Origin: Nevskiaceae bacterium
GTDB lineage: Bacteria > Pseudomonadota > Gammaproteobacteria > Nevskiales > Nevskiaceae
Reading direction: 5' to 3'
Assembly: GCA_008012115.1 (NCBI GenBank)
Contig: SSEB01000010.1
Location: 47,407 to 111,406 of the forward strand
Length of the DNA: 64,000 nucleotides
Under the pieces are notes generated by a model. The model ran no database searches. It was given only the letters and a program-made list of their open reading frames with translations, and had not been told where the DNA came from. A program made the position numbers and the translations under genes. Of the stretch, positions 55,875 to 64,000 are shown in pieces; the stretch's first letter is position 1; the number at the start of each line of letters is the position of its first letter.

Positions 55875-55984
55875 CACCCGCTCTCGGCGTTACCCGCGGG
55901 CAGACTGTTATTAAATATATATCGTTTGTATTTTCTATCTACAAAATATAACGACTTTACTGGACCATGCACCCGGAGCGGGTG
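55875..55984 (+). repeat. 110-bp GC-clamped AT-core dyad element, copy 6
   Basis: CACCCGCTC at 55875-55883 and GAGCGGGTG at 55976-55984. The core aligns without gaps (offsets 40-49 AATATATATC versus copy 3 AATGTATATC; offsets 70-79 AAATATAACG versus copy 5 AAATATAACA). The centre is degenerate. Ends 18 nt after the stop of the 98-aa membrane protein gene. Confidence 0.8.
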
Positions 55985-56002
55985 GCGGGATTGCAGGGCC
56001 GG

Positions 56003-56299
56003 TCAGGCTCGCAACATGTTCCAGAAAGTCATGCCGATCGTCACGGCACTCACCAGCAGCAAGGCCTGCGTCGGCCACAACCAGCGATTGGCGCGGCGCA
56101 GGGGCACGAACGCGGCGAAGCCGACCCCGCTGAGCAGCAGGAACAGCAGCGTCATCTGGATCAGCCCCGGCAGCTGCGCGGGAATTTCCGGCGACTCGTC
56201 GCGGTGCGCCCAGTACAGCAGGCAGACCACGCCGATGGTGAGTGACATGGTTGCGGCCATCAGCATCACGCCGACGGTCCACCAGCGGATAAAGCTCAT
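56003..56299 (-). CDS. small 3-TM membrane protein (hypothetical)
   Basis: 98 aa, hydrophobic (WWTVGVMLMAATMSLTIGVVCLLYW...). ATGA overlap with the upstream small ORF. Confidence 0.5.
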   Translation of the reverse strand: MSFIRWWTVGVMLMAATMSLTIGVVCLLYWAHRDESPEIPAQLPGLIQMTLLFLLLSGVGFAAFVPLRRANRWLWPTQALLLVSAVTIGMTFWNMLRA

Positions 56300-56556
56300 T
56301 TCTTGCGTCTCAGCAGTCGGACGATCGGGAAAAATTCGCGCGTGACGGCCGGCGATCTCAGGCCGCTCTTGAGCAGCAGCGACACGAAACCGCGAACGAT
56401 GCGGTCGCGGCTCTTGAACACGCTGTCGACCATCGGCACGCGACGGTCGTCGAGCACGGTGATGGCATCCTCGGGCTGTTCGCCAAAATTGAAGCGCACG
56501 GTCAGGTGCACATCAATGGGCTCTTTCTCGCGGCGTCTCGGGCGTTTTTCCTGCAT
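56296..56556 (-). CDS. hypothetical 86-aa basic protein coupled to the membrane protein
   Basis: MQEKRPRRREKEPIDVHLTVRFNFGEQPEDAITVLDDRRVPMVDSVF... Translationally coupled (56296-56299). The remaining 5' part of the tracked ORF overlaps a better + strand gene. Confidence 0.4.
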   Translation of the reverse strand: MQEKRPRRREKEPIDVHLTVRFNFGEQPEDAITVLDDRRVPMVDSVFKSRDRIVRGFVSLLLKSGLRSPAVTREFFPIVRLLRRKK

Positions 56557-56601
56557 CTTCGGCCTACCTGATCTGGTTATCATGCGTGGATGCCCTCCCC
56601 C

Positions 56602-57105
56602 ATGAACCTCGTCTGCTTTGCCCACGGCAAAGAAAGCGGCCCCTGGGGCACCAAGATCACCCATCTCGCCGAAGTTGCCAAGCGCAACGGCTACGAGGTC
56701 ATCAGTCCGGATTATAGTCACACCCACGACCCGCGGGCGCGCGTGGCGCAACTGCTGGCGCTGGCGCCCAAGGCGCGGCGGCTGGTGCTGGTCGGTTCGA
56801 GCATGGGCGGTTACGTGTCCGCGCAGGCCTGCGCGGCGTTGCAGCCCCAGGCGCTGTTCCTGATGGCGCCGGCCCTCTATTTCCCCGGCTGGGACGAAGA
56901 ACCCGCCGGCATTCCCGCGCACTGCGCGGTGGTCCATGGCTGGCGCGACGACATCGTCCCCGTGGAACGCGGAATCCGCTTCGCCAAAACCCATCGGGCC
57001 GCGCTGCACGTGCTCGACTCCGACCACGGACTCAACGATCAACTTCCAGCACTTGCCATGCTGTTTGGGGACTTCCTCCAACGCGTTTCACCGGATCCGG
57101 CATGA
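56602..57105 (+). CDS. alpha/beta hydrolase (YqiA-like esterase)
   Basis: MNLVCFAHGKESGPWGTK..., nucleophile elbow LVGSSMGGY, ...VVHGWRDDIVP..., ...DSDHGL. Confidence 0.7.
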   Translation: MNLVCFAHGKESGPWGTKITHLAEVAKRNGYEVISPDYSHTHDPRARVAQLLALAPKARRLVLVGSSMGGYVSAQACAALQPQALFLMAPALYFPGWDEEPAGIPAHCAVVHGWRDDIVPVERGIRFAKTHRAALHVLDSDHGLNDQLPALAMLFGDFLQRVSPDPA

Positions 57106-57539
57106 CCACCCCCAAACTCTCGATGCGTCAGCTTTACGAAGAGGCCTACATCAACACCGATTACCGGGTGTTGCTGCCGCGCCGCGCGCTGACGTTCCGC
57201 ATCGGCATGCACGACCCTGACGCCGAGGCCGAGCTGCAGCGTCACTGCAATATCCAGCGGGAGTGGGCGATCATCACCCCCTGCAATCCCAATTCCGACA
57301 AGACCGACGAGGACGCCAACCTGACCGCGCTGGCGCGTCTGCGGCAGGAATTGGAGATCGTCGGGCTGCGCTATTACAACGCGATCAACCAGAGTCCGGA
57401 TGGCGAGTGGCCCGAGCTGGGCTATCTGATCGCCGATCCCGAACTCGCCAAGGCCAAGGCGCTGGGCCGGCGCTACCGCCAGAACGCCTTCGTCAGCGGC
57501 ACGCTCGGTCAGGCCCCCAAGCTCGTCTGGCTGCTCTGA
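57102..57539 (+). CDS. DUF3293-like protein
   Basis: YINTDYRVLL..., ...WAIITPCNPNS...N...L (characteristic of DUF3293). ATGA overlap with the upstream gene. Confidence 0.6.
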   Translation: MTTPKLSMRQLYEEAYINTDYRVLLPRRALTFRIGMHDPDAEAELQRHCNIQREWAIITPCNPNSDKTDEDANLTALARLRQELEIVGLRYYNAINQSPDGEWPELGYLIADPELAKAKALGRRYRQNAFVSGTLGQAPKLVWLL

Positions 57540-57542
57540 ACC

Positions 57543-57995
57543 TCAGACGGCCGCCACCGGCCGGTAAGCGGCCACGAACTCCGGCGGCATGCGCTTGGGC
57601 CTGCCGGTCCTGAGATCGACGCAGACCCAGTGCGTGCGGCCGCGCAGCACGGTCCTGCCGTCGCCAACGCGGATGATCTGGTAGGCGCGCCACATGGTCA
57701 GGCGCGCGTCGCACTCCGCGATCCAGGTGCCCAGCAGCAGCTCGTCGCCGGCGAAGGTGGCGGCGAGATAGTCCAGCTCGTGACGGCGCGCGACGCATCC
57801 GGCGTTGAGCCGCTCGTAGGCATCGAACCCCAGGCCCAGGCTGATCGAGTGCGCCCAGGCCACCTGCTCCAGCCAGCGCAGGTACTGCACATTGTTGGCG
57901 TGACCAAACTGGTCGAGATGCTCCGGACCGACGCGCGCGGTCTGGACGAAGGGGCTGGCGACATCCCAGGCGGCGGCGGGCGTGGACGAGGACAT
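57543..57995 (-). CDS. acyl-CoA thioesterase, 4HBT (hotdog) family
   Basis: VGPEHLDQFGHANNVQYLRWLEQVAW...RRHELDYLAATFAGDEL. Confidence 0.8.
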   Translation of the reverse strand: MSSSTPAAAWDVASPFVQTARVGPEHLDQFGHANNVQYLRWLEQVAWAHSISLGLGFDAYERLNAGCVARRHELDYLAATFAGDELLLGTWIAECDARLTMWRAYQIIRVGDGRTVLRGRTHWVCVDLRTGRPKRMPPEFVAAYRPVAAV

Positions 57996-58001
57996 GAGGG
58001 C

Positions 58002-59624
58002 TCAGCGGAGGTTGGGTGCGAAACTCCGGCTGTCCGCCATTTTCCAGAAATAGGCGTAGACCGGATGCTCGGCGCGATTGTCCAGCAAATCGCCCGGCTT
58101 CAGGAACGGGATGAGGTTCGACACCAGCCGCACTTCGTTGGCGGAGACGCGCCGCACGATGTGGTGCGGCCGGAGCTGGTTGGGATGCGACAGTCCCGCG
58201 GCGCCGACCAGTTCGGCGAGCGCCTTGAGCGTGTTGCGATGAAAGTTGTGCACGCGCTGCGCCTTGTCGTCCACCACCAGGGCGCGCTGGCGCAGGGGAT
58301 CCTGGGTGGCCACACCGGTCGGGCAGTGATCGGTATGACAGGCCTGCGCCTGCAGGCAGCCGACCGCGAACATGAACCCGCGCGCGGAATTGCACCAGTC
58401 GGCGCCCAGCGCCATCGTGCGGGCGATGTCGAAGGCGCTGATGATCTTGCCGCTGGCGCCGATGCGCACCCTGTCGCGCAGACGCAGCCCGACCAGGGTG
58501 TTGTGCGTCAGCAGCAGGGCCTCCTGCAATGGCGTGCCGACGTGGTCGGTGAATTCGACGGGCGCCGCGCCGGTACCGCCCTCGCCGCCGTCGACGACGA
58601 TGAAATCCGGGTGCTCACCGGTCTCGATCATCGCCTTGCAGATTGCAAAGAATTCCCAGGGATGGCCCAGCGCGTACTTGAAACCCACCGGCTTGCCGCC
58701 CGACAGCTCGCGCAGCCGCGCGATGAACTGCAGCAGTTCCGTCGGCGTGGAGAAGGCCGAATGCCGCGCCGGCGACACGCAGTCCACGCCCTCGGGCACG
58801 CCGCGCGTCAGGGCGATCTCGCGCGAAACCTTGGCGCCGGGCAGCACGCCACCGTGCCCCGGCTTGGCGCCCTGCGAAATCTTGATCTCGATCATCTTGA
58901 CCTGCGGATCGCAGGCGTTGGCCGCGAACTTGTCGGCATTGAAACTGCCGTCGTCGTTGCGGCAGCCGAAATAGCCGCTGCCGATCTCCCAGATCAGGTC
59001 GCCGCCGAATTCCCGGTGGTAGCGGCTGATGCTGCCCTCGCCGGTGTCGTGCGCGAAACCGCCGGCCCTGGCGCCGCGGTTGAGCGCGCGGATGGCGTTG
59101 GCGGACAGCGCGCCGAAGCTCATCGCCGAGATGTTCAGCACCGAAGCGGCATAAGGCTGGGCGCAGCGGCCGCCACCGACCACGACGCGGAAATTCGCAT
59201 CGCCGATCTTCACCGGGTTCATCGAATGATTGATCCACTCGTAGTTGTCGTCGTAGACCTGCAGCTGCGTGCCATAAGGCCGCTTGTCCAGGACGTTCTT
59301 GGCGCGCTGGTACACCAGTGAACGCTGGGCGCGGGAGAACGGCGTCTCCTCGGTGTCGGTCTCCAGAAAGTACTGACGGATTTCCGGACGGATGAATTCC
59401 AGGAAAAAGCGGATGTGGGCCAGGATCGGGTAGTTGCGACGGATCGCGTGGCTGCGCTGGCCGAGGTCGAGGACGCCGACCGCCGTCAGCAGGCCCGTCA
59501 CCGCCGCCACCAGCGTCGCCGCCGGCCAGGGGCGCATCAGGGCCGTCACGACACTGAGCGCGAAAACCAGCAGGCAGGCGGCGAAGAAGCCGTATCGGAC
59601 CGGCAGCGTTTCCGAAAGCGACAT
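58002..59624 (-). CDS. FMN-binding glutamate synthase family protein
   Basis: N-terminal TM segments, RNYPILAHIRFFLEFIRPEIRQYF, ...KISQGAKPGHGGVLPG..., ...VVDGGEGGTGAAP..., ...CHTDHCPTGVATQD. Confidence 0.85.
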   Translation of the reverse strand: MSLSETLPVRYGFFAACLLVFALSVVTALMRPWPAATLVAAVTGLLTAVGVLDLGQRSHAIRRNYPILAHIRFFLEFIRPEIRQYFLETDTEETPFSRAQRSLVYQRAKNVLDKRPYGTQLQVYDDNYEWINHSMNPVKIGDANFRVVVGGGRCAQPYAASVLNISAMSFGALSANAIRALNRGARAGGFAHDTGEGSISRYHREFGGDLIWEIGSGYFGCRNDDGSFNADKFAANACDPQVKMIEIKISQGAKPGHGGVLPGAKVSREIALTRGVPEGVDCVSPARHSAFSTPTELLQFIARLRELSGGKPVGFKYALGHPWEFFAICKAMIETGEHPDFIVVDGGEGGTGAAPVEFTDHVGTPLQEALLLTHNTLVGLRLRDRVRIGASGKIISAFDIARTMALGADWCNSARGFMFAVGCLQAQACHTDHCPTGVATQDPLRQRALVVDDKAQRVHNFHRNTLKALAELVGAAGLSHPNQLRPHHIVRRVSANEVRLVSNLIPFLKPGDLLDNRAEHPVYAYFWKMADSRSFAPNLR

Positions 59625-59797
59625 GTCCCCTCCCCCACGCGCCGCCCGCGATGCGCGACGGCGTCCGTTTTGTTGATTTCCGCGTTATGCCAGTAAATCA
59701 GATTTTCCCCGGCCTGCAAGCCGCAACGGGGCCGACGCGGCTTGCGGCGCGGTGTCGCGGAAAGGTATCATTCAAATAGGACCAAAACAGTCTTTTT

Positions 59798-60256
59798 ATG
59801 TTGAAGCTGAGCAAGCTCGCGGACTACGCCACCATGCTGATGACCGCGATGGCCGCCGCCCCCACGCAATTGCATACCGCGCAGGGCCTTGCCGCCAGCA
59901 CCCGCGTGTCCGCGCCGACGGCGGCGAAGCTGCTGAAACTGCTGGCCAGGGCCGGCTTGGTGGAATCGCTGCGCGGCGCCCATGGCGGATACCGCCTGAG
60001 CGTGGCGCCGGAGCGCATCAACGTCGCCCAGGTGATCGACGCGCTGGAAGGCCCCATCGCGGTCACCGAATGCTCGGAGCACCGCGGCGGCTGCAGCATC
60101 GAATCGAGCTGCGCCACGCGCGCCAACTGGCGTCTGATCAATCATGCCATCCGCCAGGCGCTGGAGGCCGTCACTCTGGCGCAGATGGCGGCGCCGGCGC
60201 GCCGCGGCGAATTCCCTGTCCACTTTCATCCGGCGACGCCGTCGGCCGGACGCTGA
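59798..60256 (+). CDS. Rrf2 family (SUF system Fe-S assembly) transcriptional regulator
   Basis: [19 protein letters not shown]..., HTH ...[31 protein letters not shown], Cys ligands [15 protein letters not shown]. Immediately upstream of sufB. Confidence 0.85.
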   Translation: MLKLSKLADYATMLMTAMAAAPTQLHTAQGLAASTRVSAPTAAKLLKLLARAGLVESLRGAHGGYRLSVAPERINVAQVIDALEGPIAVTECSEHRGGCSIESSCATRANWRLINHAIRQALEAVTLAQMAAPARRGEFPVHFHPATPSAGR

Positions 60257-60257
60257 T

Positions 60258-61709
<1,452 letters not shown>

Positions 61710-61829
61710 GGCGGAGCTTTCCTGGATTGCCGGGAAGGGCAATCGACGCCGGCGAACGCCCGGCCAGTGATTGGAAAACGAATTGAACTTGCGCCATGGA
61801 TGGCCTAGCGAAGTGGCACGAATAGCGAA

Positions 61830-62575
<746 letters not shown>

Positions 62576-62579
<4 letters not shown>

Positions 62580-63766
62580 GCCTGCGGCATTACACCGACG
62601 CCTTCCAGCAACTGGCGGTGCAGCTCCCGTCCGAGGAGCGCACGGCGCGCGAGGCCAGCCTGCAGCGTTTCACGCAGGCCGGATTCCCGACCCGCAAGCT
62701 GGAAGACTGGCGCTATACCGACCTCTCGGCACTGACCGATCAGTCCTACGCACTGCCCTCGCCAGCCACGCCCGATCTGTCGCACCTGCATCTCGAAGCG
62801 GCCACGGCACAGATCTTCGTCAACGGCGGCGACGGCGCCTTCACCGACACAGGCCGGGAAGGTGGCGCCGTGGTGGCGCTCAATGCGGCGTTCGCGCGCA
62901 ACGGCCTGGATCTCGATATCGGCCCCGGCCAATCGCTGGCGCAGCCGCTGCACGTGCTGACCTGGACCGGCCACCGCACATCGGCGATGACCCACCTGCG
63001 TCACCGCATCCGGCTTGGCGCCAATGCGCGCGCCACAGTGATCTTTCACCATGCCGGCGAAGGTGCCTATCTCACCACCCAGGTCACCGATATCGACTTG
63101 GGGCCGGGCGCGCAACTGACGCTCTACCGCGTACAGGACGAAAGCGCCGGCAGCACGCATCTGGCACAGAGCGATGTCCGGTTGGCGCGCGACAGTGTCC
63201 TCGACGCGATCAGCATCGATCTCGGCGACGGCCTTGCCCGGCACGATCTCAACGTCCATCTGGACGCACCGGGCGCGCAGGCCGGGCTGTACGGCCTCTA
63301 CGCGCCCAGCGGACGCGCCCACGTCGACAATCACACCCGCATCCACCACCGCGCGCCGCACTGCGGCAGCCGCGAATTCTTCCGCGGCGTGGTCGCCGGT
63401 TCCGCGCGCGCCGTGTTCAACGGCAAGGTCGTGGTGCATGAGCAGGCGGTCAAGACCGATTCCGAAACCCGTGTCGCCAATCTGCTGCTGAGCAAGACCG
63501 CCGAGGTCTACGCCAAGCCGGAGCTGGAGATCTACAACGACGACGTGAAGTGCGCGCACGGCGCCACCTTCGGCCAGATCGACGAGGACGCGGTCTACTA
63601 CCTGCGCGCGCGCGGTCTCGAGGCCGACGTCGCCCGCGCCCTGCTGACCCAGGCTTTCGCCCAGCAGGTCATCGACCGCATCACCCACGCGCCGCTGCGC
63701 GCGCTCGTCACCCGGCGCTTCCTCGAGCGTCTGCCGCAGGGCGCGATGCTGGAGACGCTGCTGTGA
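62576..63766 (+). CDS. sufD: Fe-S cluster assembly protein SufD
   Basis: ATGA overlap with sufC. ...[35 protein letters not shown]... Confidence 0.9.
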
Positions 63767-64000
63767 GCGCGCTGCCCGCGACGGCAGCGGCGCTGGACCT
63801 CGCGCGCATCCGCGCCGACTTTCCGATCCTGTCGGAAAAAGTCCGCGGCAAGCGGCTGGCCTATCTCGACAACGCCGCCACCACGCAGAAGCCGGAAGCG
63901 GTGCTGCGGGCGCTGGACGGCTACTACCGCCATCGCAACGCCAACGTGCACCGCGCGGTGCACGATCTCGCCGAGCGCGCGACCCAGGCCTACGAAGGCG
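63763..64000 (+). CDS. sufS: cysteine desulfurase SufS, N-terminal fragment (continues past the window)
   Basis: GTG start overlapping the sufD stop (GTGA). ...IRADFPIL...[18 protein letters not shown]..., ...[16 protein letters not shown]. Confidence 0.85.
   Translation, partial: MSALPATAAALDLARIRADFPILSEKVRGKRLAYLDNAATTQKPEAVLRALDGYYRHRNANVHRAVHDLAERATQAYEG

Noticed and set aside
1812-55984. Whether the AT-rich repeats could be a CRISPR array, prophage att sites or AT-rich foreign gene remnants
   Set aside because: The copies lie tens of kb apart rather than in an array, and they are inverted-repeat bounded rather than direct repeats with spacers. They contain no ORFs apart from the recruited DUF1329 start. 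Conserved core genes flank them.
61710-61829. Unusually long 120-bp spacer between sufB and sufC, with a 7-bp hairpin (GATTGCC-GGGAAG-GGCAATC)
   Set aside because: There is no U-run, no conserved element that I recognise and no plausible small ORF with an RBS. It is probably just an intercistronic spacer.

Overview
Very GC-rich proteobacterial chromosome segment, probably a gammaproteobacterium judging by synteny (nadK-recN, fur-bamE, ratA-rnfH, smpB-ssrA, ffs-dnaX-ybaB-recR, mrcB with an LpoP-like lipoprotein). Most of it is ordinary core genome: a psp operon, a TetR/RND/DUF1329 cluster, an OmpR-type two-component system, a Baeyer-Villiger ketone cassette, a roughly 10 kb phosphate supercluster (DUF47-pit, phoU, oprP-like porin, pstSCAB, phoBR) and an Rrf2-sufBCDS operon. 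Two things stand out. (1) An 8.4 kb island sits in the 3' end of the tmRNA gene, bounded by a 35-bp direct repeat plus a duplicated terminator (6296-6379 and 14729-14812), and has no integrase. It carries a translationally coupled three-gene cassette (449-aa unknown protein, 717-aa protein with two PLD-type nuclease half-sites, 963-aa SNF2-family helicase) with no methyltransferase, which I read as a candidate anti-phage defence system. Next to it is a small-protein plus ADP-ribosyltransferase-like pair resembling a toxin-antitoxin module. (2) Six co-oriented intergenic copies of an element I do not recognise. Each is exactly 110 bp from CACCCGCT to AGCGGGTG, with an almost pure A/T core, and the copies align without gaps. 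One copy supplies the ribosome-binding site, start codon and whole signal peptide of the DUF1329 gene. Many long GC-frame antisense ORFs in the track were rejected. All family assignments come from reading motifs by eye; no searches were run.
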